Source of the DNA: Mobula hypostoma
Taxonomy: Eukaryota
Reading direction: 5' to 3'
Length of the DNA stretch: 64,000 nucleotides
Assembly: GCF_963921235.1 (NCBI RefSeq)
Contig: NC_086097.1
Span: forward strand, 200,386,001-200,450,000
How positions within the stretch are numbered: position 1 is the stretch's first letter; the number at the start of each line of letters is the position of its first letter. Shown here piece by piece: positions 25,090-39,154 of this stretch. The position numbers and the translations under genes were made by a program. Below the pieces are notes generated by a model. It was not told where the DNA came from, did not search any database, and saw only the letters and a program-made list of their open reading frames with translations.

Positions 25090-27073
25090 AGACACCCCCT
25101 TTGGCAAGTATCACAGCTTGTAAACGCTTTCTGTAGTCAGCTAAGAGTCTTTCAATTCTTGTTTGGAGGATTTTTGCCCATTCTTCCTTGCAGAAGGATT
25201 CTAGTTCTGTGAGATTCTTGGGACGTCTTGCATGCACTGCTCTTTTGAGGTCTATCCACAGATTCTAGATGATGTTTAGGTCAGGGGCCTGTGAGGGCCA
25301 TGGCAAAACCTTCAGCTTGCCCCTCTTGAGGTAGTCCATTGTTGATTTTGAGGTGTGTTTAGGATCATTATCCTGCTGTAGAAGCCATCCTCCTTTCACC
25401 TTCGGCTTTTTTTTTTACAGACAGTGTGATGTTTGCTTCCAGAATTTGCTGGTATTTAATGGAATTCATTCTTCCCTCCACCAGTGAAATGTTCCCCATG
25501 CCACAGGCTGCAACACAAGCCCAAAGCATGATCGATCCACCCCCGTGCTTAACAGTTGGAGAGGTGTTCTTTTCATGAAATTCTGCACCCTTTTTCCTCC
25601 AAAAATACCTTTGCTCATTGCAGCCAAAAAGTTCTATTTTAACTTCATCAGTCCACAGGAATTGTTTCCAAAATGCATCAGGCTTGTTCAGATGTTCCTT
25701 CGTAAACTTCTGAAGCTGAATTTTGTGGTGAGGACGCAGGAAATGTTTTCTTCTGATGACTCTTCCATGAAGGTCATATTTGTGCAGGCGTCGCTACACA
25801 GTAGAACAGTGCACCACCACTCAAGAGTCTGCTATATTTTCCTGAAGGTCTTTTGCAGTCAAACGGGGGTTTTGATTTGCCTTTCTAGCAATCCTACGAG
25901 CAGTTCTCTCAGAAAGTTTTCTTGGTCTTCCAGACCTCAACTTGACATCCTCGATTCCTGTTAACTGCCACTTCTTAATTACATTACAAACTGAGGAAAT
26001 GGCTATCTGAAAATGCTTTGCTATCTTCTTATAGCCTTCACCTGCTTTGTGGGCATCATTTATTTTAATTTTCAGAGTGCTAGGCAGCTGCTTAGAGGAG
26101 CCCATGGCTGCTGATTGTTGGAACAAGGTTTGAGGAGTCAGGATATTTATAAAGCTTTGAAATTCGCATCACCTGGCCTTTCTTAATGATGACGGTGAAC
26201 AAGCCATGGCCCTAGCAGGCTAATTAAGGTCTGAGACCTTGGAAAAGGTTACCTGAGAGCTTAAATCTCTTGGGGTGCCCAAACTTTTGCATAGAGCTCC
26301 CTTCCTTTTTTTTTCACTCTAAAATTGTACAAAATAAAAATAATACACTAATATTGCTTAAAATGTTGAAAGGAATGTTTCATTTTAGGAGCCGAGAGGT
26401 AATGTTGCAGCTATATAGGACCCTGGTCAGACCCCACTTGGAGTACTGTGCTCAGTTCTGGTCACCTCACTACAGGAAGGATGTGGAAGCCATAGAAAGG
26501 ATGCAGAGGAGATTTACAAGGATGTTGCCTGGATTGGGGAACATGCCTTCTGAGAATAGGTTGAGTGAACTCGGCCTTTTCTCCTTGGAGCGACGGAGGA
26601 TGAGAGGTGTCCTGATAGAGGTGTATAAGATGATGAGAGGCATTGATCGTGTGGATAGTCAGAGGCTTTTTCCCAGGGCCGAAATGGTTGCCACAAGAGG
26701 ACACAGGTTTAGGGTGCTGGGGAGTAGGTACAGAGGAGATGTCAGGGGTAAGTTTTTTTATTCAGAGAGTGGTGAGTGCGTGGAATGGGCTGCCGGCAAC
26801 GCTGGTGGAGGCAGATATGATAGGGTCTTTTAAAAGACTTTTGGATAGGTACATGGAGCTCAGAAAAATAGAGGACTATAGGTAATCCTAGTAATTTCTA
26901 AGGTCGGGACATGTTCGGCACAACTTTGTGGGCCGAAGGGCCTGTATTGTGCTGTAGGTTTTCTATGTTTCTGTCTTTAACTTTATGACTTTTGGAGATC
27001 AGTTCATCTCCTACTCAACTATTCACAGTAACAGAAATTTTGACCGGGGTGCCCAAATTCTTGCATGCCACTG
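25090..27073 (-). mobile_element. Tc1-family DNA transposon (IR/DR type), 3' TIR lost, transposase dead
   Basis: ATG at 26105: paired-like HTH (GYKKIAK...GRPRK), [22 protein letters not shown] (catalytic E mutated to stop), LQAVILAKGG. Terminus ...catgccactg-TA at 27073. Direct repeats ggggtgcccaaa at about 26272 and 27046. Confidence 0.9.
26384..26971 (+). mobile_element. CR1 3' fragment inserted in the Tc1 terminal repeat
   Basis: FRSREVMLQLYRTLVRPHLEYC... through the tail ttttctatgtttct. Tc1 sequence resumes at about 26972. Confidence 0.9.
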
Positions 27074-28887
27074 TATGTAGTTTCGGTCACCACACTATAG
27101 GAGGGACATGAATGCATTGGAGCAGATTCACATGATTGTTTCCTGGGACCCCTCCTTCCCAGTGCTTAAAAAGGGTCTTGGCCTTCATTCATTTCCACAG
27201 ATGCTGCTTAACCTACTGAGTTCCTCCGGCATTTTGTGTGTGTTGGTTTGGATAGGCTGCGTGTGTCTTCCTTGTGACGTACAAAATAATGAGGCACATG
27301 GATAAAGAAGATAAATAGAAACTTTCCCCTTTAGCATAGGCATGTATAACACATGGCATAGATTTGAGAGGGAGGAATGGGAGATTAAACAGGGAATTAA
27401 GGAAGGTTTTCTTTTTCACCTAGAGCATGTTTGAAATCTGGAAAACACTTTGTTCCTGACAGTATGATAGAAACAGATACTTTCACAACAGTTAAGTAGT
27501 ATTTAGATGAGAACTTGAAACACTGAGGAAGACTATGTGACAAGTGCTAGAAAATTAGACTAGTATAGATCGTACTGTACTTAATAGAGAGCAGGAACTA
27601 GCAAAAGAAGCTGTTTCTAAGAGGCATGTGTCTATGAATTGAAAAGATATTGACTGTGTGTACAGAAACTTACTTCCACTGCTCAGTTGTGTGCTATAGT
27701 GTTTGTTGGCTCCATGCTGGCTCCCAGTAGAGCAGCCCCATCAATTCCAACCTTCCACTTCATATTTGCTGTGTGCCCCTGCAGCTTATTGCCTCCTGCA
27801 TGCACGCCCACTCCCCTTTCAGATTTTTCTGACATTTAACTGTGCAGAGAGGGAATTTACAGAAGCTGATTTGGGATGTGGGAGGAAATGGAAGCATCTA
27901 GGTGAAAACCCATGCAGCAATCAGGGAGATTGTGCACAGCCCCAATAAACGTTGATGAGGTCAAGATCAAACCTGAATCTCGGAGCGATAAGGTACCAGT
28001 GCTAGCTATACATATCATGTGTACTTACAAAAATAAACCTTTTCAATATGCACAGAAACTATATGCCAGAAGCTATCATTATTATTTTCAGATTTCCCCA
28101 TTCAGAGGACATAAAAACAGAATAATGATAACTCACAGCAGGTCAGGCCACACCTGCGGGGAGAGAAACAGAGTTAACCTTTCAGGTCAATAATCTTTCA
28201 TCTATATGAAATTTTAATTCAGCTTCTCTCTCCATGGTGCTGGCTGACCTGCAGAGTACTAGCAGCAATTTCTGTTTCTTTAGTTAAGAAGCAAATTGAC
28301 AGATTTACTTCATATGAAATGGAATCAAATCATTAGAAAAAGGTGGCATAGCATTAGAAGATGTTGAATTGTTGTGGGTAGGGCTAAGAAACTGCAAAGG
28401 AAAAAATACCCTGCTGAGTATTATATTGTACTTCATATTGGTCTCCTGCAGTTTTTTGGTGTTTTTAGGTGACCTGCTAGTTTTTTGCGTGTGACAGGTG
28501 GGGTTTTGATGCTAATATCACTGTTCTTTTTTGCAAGTGAGAGGGTTGGGGATTGTTATTGTCACTGTTTTATTCTTCAGGTGAGGGGTTTGGGGATTTG
28601 TTGCTTTCGTCTTTTTTTTTCTCTCAAGTGAGGGGGTCGGAGATTGTTATTGTCTCTGCTTTTTTCCTGCGGGGGAGGGGTGTTGGATTTAATGCTATTG
28701 TTGCTGCTTTTTTCTGCAGGAGAGGAGGTGTGGGATTTTGGGGTTTGCAAGTTTTCTTTTCTTTTTCATGACGGGAGATGGGGGAGTTGATATCTTCTCT
28801 TTCAACAACTCCATGAGTCTTTCTGTATTTCGCGGCTATCTGGAGAAGACAAATATCAGAGTTATATTATACATGCATATTTTGACA

Positions 28888-29312
28888 TGTAGTGACATGA
28901 GGTAGTGGGTAGTGGCTCCATATGTCACTACTACAGGGCGTGACGACCCTGCCTTACACGAGTCCCGGGATCAGCTGGCTCCGGCTGACAGTACCCGGTA
29001 TGGGCCCCTATCCAGGGTTACGGATCCTACTGCCTTGTTGGTATCTTCGGGAGAAGAGAAGGCTAAGGAGTAAAGCCTACACAAATCCGGAGTAGAGCTC
29101 CTAAGGCTGTTGGATGATGTATCACGTCACCTCCCGGCAGCTCCTGCAGCCAAGCTGATGCCAAATGTATTCCTTTGCATTCCTTTGGACTACATCTGCA
29201 AGGCCGAGAAGGGGATCTTGATGTCTGGGCAGCCCAGGATCTCCATATTCATCGCCCAGGTCTGCGCACCGAATGGGCACATCCATTGTCTACCTAGACA
29301 GATGGAGCCATG
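28888..29312 (+). mobile_element. Short non-autonomous retroelement (RTE-type SINE-like)
   Basis: Perfect 15-bp TSD atgcatattttgaca (28873-28887 and 29313-29327); GC-rich, non-coding; ends ...gagccatg(atg). Confidence 0.75.
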
Positions 29313-31674
29313 ATGCATATTTTGACAATAAAATTAACCTTTGAACCTTTATATACAGATGCCAAACGGTAGTAGGGATATGGTCTACAAATTACAACAG
29401 GAGATAGAAAATGCATGCCAAATGGGCAATGTTACAATTGCCATTGGGGATTTCAATATACAGGTAGATTGGGAAAATCAGGTTGGTGCTGGATCCCAAG
29501 AGGGGGAATTTCTAGAATGCCTACAAAATGGCTTTTTAGAGCAGCTTGTGGTTGAGTCCACTAGGAGATCAGCTATTTTGGATTGGGCGTTGCGCAGTGA
29601 ACCAGAATTGATTAGAGAGCTTAAGATAAAAGTACCCTGAGGGGAAGTGATCATAATATGATAGAATTCACCCTGAAATTTTAGGAGGAGAAACTAAATT
29701 CAGATGCATTAGTATTTCAGTGAAGTAAAGTGAAATACAGGGTCATGAGAAAGGAGCTGGCCAAAATTGATTGAAAAAGAACACGGGCAGGGATGACAGC
29801 AGAACAGCAATGGGTGGAATTTATGGAATCAATTCAGAAGGCACAAAATATATATATCCCAAAGAGGAAGAAGCAGTCTAAAGGCAAGATGACACAACCA
29901 TGGCTAACAAGAGAAATCAAAGTAAACATAATAGCCAAAGAGAGGACATATAATAGAGCAAAAATTAGTGGGAAGTTAGAAGATTGGAAACTTTTAAAAA
30001 CTAACAGAAGGCACTTAAAAAAGTCACTCAGAAAGAAAATATGGAGTAAGAAAGTAAGCTAGCCAATAATACTAAAGAGTATACCATCAGTTTCTTCAGA
30101 TACCTAAAGAGTAAAAGAGAGGCGAGAATGGATATTGGCCCACTGGAAAACGATGCTGGAGAGGTAGTAATTGGGGACAAGGAAATGGCAGGCAAACTAA
30201 ATAAGTCTTTTCCATCAGTCTTCATTGTGGAAGACACTAGCAGTATGCTGGAAGTTCAACAGTGTCAGGGGTCAAAAGTGTGTGAAGTTGTCATTACTAG
30301 GGAGAAGGTTCTTGGGAAATTGAAAGATGTGAAGGTAGATGTCACCTGGATCAGAAGGTCTACACCACAAATTTAGTCCACTCTTCAAGAAGGGAGCGAG
30401 GCAGTAGAAAGGAAATTATAGGCCAGTTAGTCTGACCTCAGTGGTTGGGAAGATGTTGGAGCCATTTGTTAAATTTGTGGTTTCATGGTACTTGGAGGCA
30501 CATGACAATATAGGCCATGACAGCATGGTTTACTCAAGGGAAAGTCTTACCTACAAATCTGTTGGAATTCCTTGAAGAAAAAGGAAACAAGATAGACAAA
30601 GGAAAATCTGTGGGTGTTGTGTACTTGGATTTTCCAAAGGCCTTTGACAAGGTGCCACACATAAGGTTGTTTAACAAGCTAGGAACCCATGGTATTACTG
30701 GAAAGATTCGAGCATGGATAAAGCAGTGTATGATCGCAAGGAAACAAAGAATGGGAATAAAGAGTACCTTTTCTGGTTGGCTCATGGTGACTGGTGGCAT
30801 TCCACAGGGGCCTGTGTTGTCTCCTCTTCTTTTTACCTTATATGTCAATGATTTGGATGATGGAATTGATGGCTTTGATGCACAGTTTGCAGATGATACA
30901 AAGATAGGTGGAGGGACAGCTAGTTTTGAGGAAGTACAGAGGCTACAGAAAGATTTGGACAGATTAGGAAAATGGGCAAAGAAATGGCAGATGGAATACA
31001 ATGTCCTGAAGTGTATGGTTATGCAATTGATATAAGAAATAAAAAGACTATTTTGTAAATGGAGAGAAAATTCAAAAACCTGAGGAGCAAAGGGACTTGG
31101 GAGTCCTTGTGCAGGATTACCTAAAGGTTAACTTGCAGGTTGAGTCAGAGGTAAGGATGGCAAATGCAATGTTAGCATTCATTTCAGGAGGACAAGAATA
31201 CAAAAGCAAAGATGTAATGTTGAGACTTTATAAAGCACTGGTGAGACTTCACTTGGAGTACTCTGAGCAGGTTTGGGCCCCTTCTCTGAGAAAGGATGTG
31301 CTGAAACTGGAGAGGGTTCAAAGGAGGTTCACAAAAATGATTCCACGATTGAAAGGCTTGTCATATGAAGAGCGTTTGATGGACCTAGGCCTATATTCAC
31401 TAGCATTTAGAAGACTGAGGCTTCATAATGCAAGTCCTCACTTGAAGTACTGTGAGCAGTATTGGGCTGACACTGGAGAGGGCTGAAAGGAGGTTCACGA
31501 AAATGATTCCAGGATTGAACAGCTTGTCATATGAAGAGCCTTTGATGGCTCTGGGCCTGTACTCACTGGAATTCAAAAGTATGAGGCATGACCTTAATTA
31601 AACCTATCAAATGTTGAAAGGCCTTGATAGAGTGGATGTGGAGAGGATGTTTTCTATGGTGGGAGAGTCTAGGG

Positions 31675-32482
31675 CCAGATGGAGTTCAACCCAGATAAGT
31701 GTGAAGTGGTTCATTTTGGTAGGTCAAAATGATGGCAGAATATAGTATTAATGGTAAGACTCTTGGCAGTGAGGAGGATCAGAGGAATCTTGGGGTTCGA
31801 GTCCATAGGACGCTCAAAGCAGCTGCGCAGGTTGACGCTGTGGTTAAGAAGGCATACGGTGCATTGGGCTTCATTAATCATGGAAATGAATTTAGGAGCC
31901 AAGAGGTAATGTTGCAGCTATATAGGACCCTGGTCAGACCCCACTTGGAGTACTGTGCTCAGTTCTGGTTGCCTCACTACAGGAAGGATGTGGAAGCCAT
32001 AGAAAGGATGCAGAGGAGATTTACAAGGATGTTGCCTGAATTGGGGAGCATGCCTTATGAAAACAGATTGAGTGAACTCGGCGTTTTCTCCTTAGAGCGA
32101 CTGAGGATGAGAGGTGACCTGATAGAGGTGTATAAGATGATGAGAATCATTGATTGTGTGGATAGTCAGAGGCTTTTTCCCAGGGCTGAAATGTTTGCCA
32201 CAAGATGACACAGGTTTAAGGTGCTGGGGAGTAGGTACAGAGGAGATATCAGGGGTAAGTTTTTTTTATGCAGAGTGGTGACTGTGTGGAATGGGCTGCC
32301 AGCAACGGTGGTGGAGGCAGATTCGACAGGGTCTTTTAAGAGACTTTTGGTTAGGTACATGGAGCTTAGAAAAATAGAGGGCTATGGGGAAGTCTAGTAA
32401 TTTCTAACGGTAGGGACATGTTCGGCACAACTTTGTGGGCCGAGGGGCCTGTATTGTGCTGTAGCTTTTCTATGTTTCTATT
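31675..32482 (+). mobile_element. CR1 3' fragment (same family as 85-900) nested in an older CR1
   Basis: ORF 31729-32208 is near-identical to 103-468 and 26270-26833; tail ttttctatgtttcta. Confidence 0.9.
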
Positions 32483-33019
32483 AACAGAGTCTTAGTACAG
32501 AGGGGCTTCTTTTAGAATGGAGATGGGGAAGAATTTATTTAGCCAGAGACTGGTGAATATGTGGAATTCGTTGTCACACACTGCTGTGGAGGTCTTTATG
32601 TATATTTAAGCCGAGGTTGAAAGATTCTTGATTGGTCAGGGCAAGAAGGAATTTCAGGAGAAAGCATGAGATTGGGGCTGAGAGGGAAAATGGATCAGCC
32701 ATGAAGAAATGATCAAGCAGACTCCATGGGCCAAATGGCTTAATTCTGCTCCTATATCTTAAGGTCTTATAGTCTATTTGACTTTGTCAGTCAGGTCAAT
32801 ATTTTTGTGCTTGACAACGTATGCCAGATGCATTGTGCTTGCTCCCAAGGTTATGTTTAGACCTATCATCTTTTACCAACAACCTTCCACAGGAGCAAGT
32901 TAACAATTTACGTAAATAATATTCCATCAAAACTATAGATTCTTTTAAGATACTTCTAGGATGCTTCCATTATCTGTCAATAAGGTCAAATACCTCATAG
33001 GCTGAATTAACTAGCTCAT

Positions 33020-34020
33020 ATAGATGGCCCAGACAGTTTGGATTGTCACCAACATTTCTCTCAGTACTGGTGCCCCACAAGGCAGTGCTTAGCCTCCTGC
33101 TTGACTTGCATTACACTTATGTCTGTGTAGCTAATCACTACTCCAATGCCATATTCAAGTTTTGCCGATGACACCACTGCCGTAGGCTGAATCAAAATTG
33201 ATGGCAAATCAGCGTATAGGAGGAAGATTGAAAAATCGGGCCGAGGAGTGCCACAACAATCTCTTATTCAATGTCAACAAGATCAAGGAACTGATTTTTG
33301 ACTTCAGGAGGAGGAAATCAGAGGTCTATGAGACAGTCCTCATCAGGAAATCAGAGATGGAGAGGGTCAGCATCTTTAAATTCCTTCATGTTATCAATTC
33401 TGAGAACCTGTCCTGGATCCAGCACGCAAGTGCAATTGTGAAGAAAGCACTGCAGCGCCTCTAGTTCCTTATGTTTTGCAAAGATTCAACATGATATCTA
33501 AAACTTTGATAAACTTCTGTAAATGGTATAGATATATGGCTGGCTGCATCACAACCTGGTGTGGAAACACCAAAGCCCTCAAATGGAAAATCCTACAAAA
33601 AGGAGTGTATACAGCCCAGTCCATCTCAGGTAAATCCCTCTCTGCCATTGAGCACATCTACATAAAGAGCTGTTGCAGGAAAGCAGCATCCATCATCAGA
33701 CACCCCTTCCACCCAGGCCACTATCTCTTCTCACCGCTACCATCAGGAAGAAGGTACAGGAGCTTCAGGACTCACACAATCAAATTCAGGAACAATGATT
33801 TCACTCAGCTTCACTTTTACCATCATTAAAATATTCCCACAACTTCTGGACTCACTTTCAAGGACGCTTCGTCTCATGTTGTCCATATTTATTGCTTATT
33901 TATTTAGTTATTATATTTCTTTATTTTTGTGTTTACACAGTATGTTGTCTTTTGCACACTGTTTGAATGCCCAGTGAATCTCAGGGTTATATAAGATGAC
34001 ATATGTGTACTTACCTAGAA
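33020..34020 (+). mobile_element. Degenerate Rex1/Babar 3' fragment
   Basis: ADDTT remnant, NVNKIKELIFDFRR, FKFL, LPSGRRYRS. Confidence 0.8.
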
Positions 34021-34506
34021 CTTTGAATATTACTCACAGGGATTTATAAGCCTACACTCCAAGATCCTACCGTACGTTTTTTGTTCTTCTTGAATCACCT
34101 TCTCTTGTTTGTTCTCCCGCTGCTTTACTACACATTACTCCTGATGGTCAATATGGTACTCACCTAACTAATCACAGCATCAGAGAATGGTTACGTTCCT
34201 GCACAGAAAGAGGGCACTCAACCCCATCACTTTGTGCAAGAGCAGCTCTTTCATCATTCACTTCAGAAACTTCATCATCATGTGTTTCCCTCTTCAATGA
34301 CTATTAATGTTTAAATGCAGAGTATGGTTAGTATCTGCCTGCATCACATATGCAGATTCCAACCATACTTTGCATTAAAAAGTTTATCCTCATGTTCTTC
34401 TTAATGGTTTCCATATTTATACCAGTCATATCTCATGTCCAATCCTCCAGCAAACAAAATAGTGTTGTACTCTCCACTTTGACCTGATTCCTCACCATTT
34501 TGTATA

Positions 34507-34660
34507 CGGGTCAACCTTCACTAAGCCAGCACCATTGGGACCTGAGGAGTGCCGGATTAGTGAAATTGCCGAATTACAGAAAAATCACGTTAAGCATAAT
34601 CAGTGCCGGATTATCGAAGGAACCGGATAACAGGTAGTCGGATTAGTGAAGGTCGACCTG
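34507..34660. mobile_element. Tc1/mariner-superfamily (pogo/Tigger-like) MITE
   Basis: TA-flanked TIRs cgggtcaaccttcactaa...ttagtgaaggtcgacctg; internal ccggatta repeats. Confidence 0.8.
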
Positions 34661-34817
34661 TACTTCCTTTTGATCTCCCCTCAGTCTCTCCGACTCCAAA
34701 AAAAAACCACAGTCCCAACCTTTCTCATCTATCCTTGTAAAAGAAGGACCATCATCCCATTCTGGCAAGTCTTTTTTTTTGGCTCCTCTTTAATACCTTC
34801 ACATCATTCCTCCATGT

Positions 34818-35302
34818 TGTAATGCTGAACTGAGTCACTGGCAAGACACTGAAGCTGATTGAAATACAGTAAAGGGTGTTTATTCATCACGACAAGCAGG
34901 CATTCTCCTGGAGACTATCAATTCAGTCTCCCCACTATCAATGTATATCAACTTTTAATACACTTAAAGGCAAAGGTACCAGTTATTAATTCAATACAAC
35001 TTCAATAGCTACAATTACATTGTTTTCTTCCAATGGTTCCATTGAATTACATATTTACCGTGTGAACACGCTGTAACTGACAAGACACATCTCTACGTTC
35101 AAACACCTTAGCTGAGACAAAGTAATTCACATGGATAGTCCGAAAGCTTCTCATGGCAGAGAACCCAGAAATCCACAATTAGTTTGTGAGAGCTGACAAA
35201 TATCCCAATATTGATTGAACAAAGATGCCTCTGACCATGTATGATGCATTAAAAGAGAAAATAAACCCAGGTGGTGTGGAAGCTTCCTTGACCTCAGTCA
35301 CA
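34818..35302 (-). mobile_element. Possible solo LTR
   Basis: TG...CA termini, AATAAA on the minus strand at about 34880, weak TSD (atgt/ctgt). Confidence 0.35.
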
Positions 35303-38300
35303 CTGTTGCAAATTTAGCTCGTTTGCCTGGTTTGATGTAGGCAAATTAAAATACCCACAATGAGTTACTCTTGGCTGATACAGATGAGAACATCTCACTA
35401 TCACCTCCATTTGCAAACCATATCTCTTGTGTAGCCGACCCGCTATATATTTCAAACGGATTACAGATTACAATGTACATTAAGAACTGAAGACCAATTC
35501 TAATTTGAATTAGTGCCTGGTATAATCTCACTGTTCACCTGCGCTGCACCTTCTCTGTAGCTGTTACACTTTACAGTTGTTCTGATTTACTTTGTTCTAC
35601 CTCAATACTTTATGTGATGATTTAGTCTTTACGAACAGTACGCAAGACAAGTTTTTCATTGTATCTCGGTACATGTTGCCATAATAACCCAATTCTATTT
35701 CACAATAGCTGCAAATACATTCCAGACTGCTTGAATCTCCAGCGCTCAGCAGATCAGGAAGAGAGTACAGAGTTAATGTTTCAGAACTGTCTTTTCTTTC
35801 CACAGATGATGTCTAACTGCTGTTTCCAGCATTCTCTATCTTTGTATGAAGGTGATTAAGATGCTTGTAATTGCTGACTTAATCCTTACTTCATTCTTTG
35901 AACAAGGGACCAACATTTTCTCCTTTCCAACCCTCTGACAGCACTTCGTATCCAGAGCATTGAAATATTATGGTCAGTGCCCCTGCAATTTAGCCATTGA
36001 TGCAGTGTAGTGATGGGCTCTTGACCCCACTAAGTTCTTGCCAACCATTAAGCACCCATTTTTATAACATCAATCATGTAGACACTCAGGGCAATTTATA
36101 ATTGGCCAATTCACCTAGCAGTCCATGTGCTTTTAGGATGCAGGGCAAAGCCACAGAGGCAACAACGAGGTCACAAGGAGAATGTGCAAATTCTGCACAG
36201 GCAGAGGTCAGGTCTGAATCCAAGTCGCAGGAGCTGTGACGCAGCTAGAATCTGGACCACTGATCTGACCTATTTACTGCCGCATTTCCCTCAGAATTCT
36301 AGGATGAATCCTATTTGGTCTAGCAACTTAGCTAGTTTAAGTTTAGTCTAAGTTTAAGTTGTAAGTATAATAATGCCAATCATTAGACTTAAAGTTAATT
36401 GATAACTTTCTGTATCCTGCAACTTCCTTTTCATCTCATCGATATTACTAATTTTTATGTCAACAGTAAGTTTGTGGACCTCCAGTAAAGATTAAATTAA
36501 TAAATAACATGCAACCATGATGCCTAATACTGAGTCCTGTAAACCCCAATACACAAAACTTCCCAGCAAACCAAAATTTCACAATTAATAATTTCTATGT
36601 TTTTATGTTTTTCTGCCACTGGGCTAATTTTTAATGCAATTTGTTGTTTATCCTCTTATATGTTTACTACCTCAATCAATCTGCCATGGAGAACTTTATC
36701 AGGCATTTCTCAGATCCATGTAGTTGGTTAGGAAAGGACTGGAGAGATGTAGGCCTAACGTGGGCCTATAGGATTACACTTCACAGTTGACATGGATAAG
36801 TTGGGCCAAATGGCCTATTTCTGTGTTGTACAGCTCTTTGACTCCATGGATGTGATGCCAAATGTTCACCCCACATTTTTCAATGCTTGCATCGCCTCAA
36901 AGAGCCCAATTAACCTCATCTAATCTGGCCTTCCTATAAAAAATCCATCCTTAATTAACTACTGATTTATGTAGTCCTTCTGATTTTATTTTCAAGGATT
37001 TGCCAAATTTCAGTATCAGTCCAATTGGCCTGTAGTTATTTGGTCTATCCCTTTTCCCCCCTTTTAAACAATGGTAACATCAGTATACTTCTAGTGCTTC
37101 AGAAGCTCACTTAGATTTAAAAATAATTCAAAAATCATAGATTCAGAGGCGTTTCCTCCCTTGCTTCTTTTAAGAATATTTGTTTTATTTTGGTCTTTTA
37201 CCTATTTTTAAACATATCAATCCCTTAATATGTAATTTTCCCATCCCTTTGTCCTTGTTCCTCATATTTAGGTTTTCCTTCCTCCTCAGTGTCAATGCCC
37301 ATCACTCCCCTCTTGCATGATGACAGACATAAACTTCATACATCTTCCATCTCTGTATTTTCATCTTTAATAGACCCTACTGTCCTCTGGAATTAGAATA
37401 GAATTATAGTGTTGAGTAAAAAATCTTAAGGTTTCTTTTGATTTACCTGCAACTATTTTTCATGTACCAACTTTTCCTATTCCATTGACTTTTTATTTTC
37501 ACCCTGTTCTTTCTGTACTGCTCCAGATTAACACAAGTGATTCACACAAATGCATTGTTCTTTCTTAAGGCAAGTTCTTGATTTCTATTAACATCCCAAG
37601 GAATTGACTCACTCCCCCTATGATCAATTTTCACTCCCAGACTCCTCCTTGACAGAATTCCCTGCTCACCCACCCATGTTTTCATGTCCCACCCCTTTTA
37701 TCTCCCCCTCCACACCATCCAATGCTCTCCATGACCTCTTGATTTATTCCCCAAATTTATCTTGAATTCATTGTTATCCCTTCTGATAGCCTCCCCACAC
37801 ATTCTAACATTCTCCATCCAAACCCACTCAGATCTCCTCACCATTTAGATCATCTTCCCTGCACCAAAATGCCAATGTAGGTCACCTGAACTAGGCAACA
37901 ATCCTCAACATGACCAATCTACCCTTAGAAAGATTCTGCCCTCTGGTTCTTATCTGCCTATATCCCCAAGCTCTCCTCATCTACCATCCTCCTTCCCCCA
38001 TGAGTCTCTCTGACAGCTCTCCCAGTTTCTATCTCGTTGACCCATTACACAGAGGGAGGAAAGAGGCCTTGAACACAGTTTGCATGTGAATGTGTGTCAG
38101 GATCTGGAATTACTGCCTCTCACAGTCATGGAATTTTGGATATTTTCTGTCTTAGTACATTGAATGCTCAGGCCTTGTTCAAATCTAATTAGATCCCCGT
38201 ACCACTTTTGCATCTGAAGAATTTCTATCCTGTCATCTCTTGAAGACAAAAATACTTGGCAGACAAATACATGGTGGAAGAGAATTCATGTACTCCAGAT

Positions 38301-38789
38301 TCCCCATGACTGCTACTGTCCTGAAGAAGGGTCTCAGCCTAAAACGTTGACTGTTTATTCATCTTCATAGATGCTGCCTGACCTGCTGAGCTCCTCCAGC
38401 ATTGTGTGCATGTTAAGTGCAACAGAGATAGCATTTGGGATAGTTTCAAATTGCTTGGAAGCACTTTGTAACTACTGTTATCAGTAAGGAAAACTAAAAG
38501 CAGGGAAATCAACACGACCCAGCAGACTACACACAGAACTTTAAAAGGCTGCAGAGGTAGTGGAGTAATTTGGTGAAGATTTTCAAAATTCACTGAGCCT
38601 GGAGAAGGTACAAGCAGAGTGGAAAACTGCAAATGAGAATCAACTGTTGAAGAAGGGAAAAAGCCAAAAAGTGGGTAACTTTAATCTTTTTAAATTAACA
38701 TCTGCAGCTGGCAAATCGTGAAGTCTATAACCCAGAAAGAAATGTCTTGTCAATTGGAAAATTTTGATGTAAACAATGGGTGACAATAT

Positions 38790-39154
38790 GGAGATATGTC
38801 TCTACCAAAGGAGGTATAAGGCACTCCTTCCGTCTGCTAGATTTCTGGTCACCCTTGGGCTAGGTGTAGCACCTGCTTAGCCCACTGATCAGAGTTACAT
38901 GAAGCCTTGGGAGCAGGTGGTGGATGGTCATATGAGCAGTTGGTGCATATCACGTCCTGGTACTGCGACCACTGATGCCAAGCAGACAACCTCTAATGAG
39001 TACTGATAATGGGTGGGGTCACCCATCTTGTAAAGACACTGCCTAGAAGAAGGCAATGGCAAACCACTTCTGTAGAAAAATTTGCCAAGAACAATCATGG
39101 TCATGAGACCACGATCATCCATGTCATATAACGCGGCACACAATGATGATGATG
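38790..39154 (+). mobile_element. RTE-derived bipartite SINE-like element
   Basis: Contains gaaggcaatggcaaaccact (RTE/Bov-A-type 5' UTR motif) and an RTE-like tail ggcac...gatgatgatg; short TSD aatat. Confidence 0.75.

Larger units (their letters stand above)
28315..32775 (+). mobile_element. Long degenerate CR1 LINE (endonuclease + RT) with nested insertions
   Basis: IGDFNIQVDW, LDFPKAFDKVPH, GIPQGPVLSPLLF, QFADDTKIGG, HLEYS, and a 3' tail near 32770. Confidence 0.88.

Noticed and set aside
26270..26833. 187-aa ORF as a novel fusion gene
   Set aside because: Chance read-through from the Tc1 terminal repeat into an inserted CR1 fragment.
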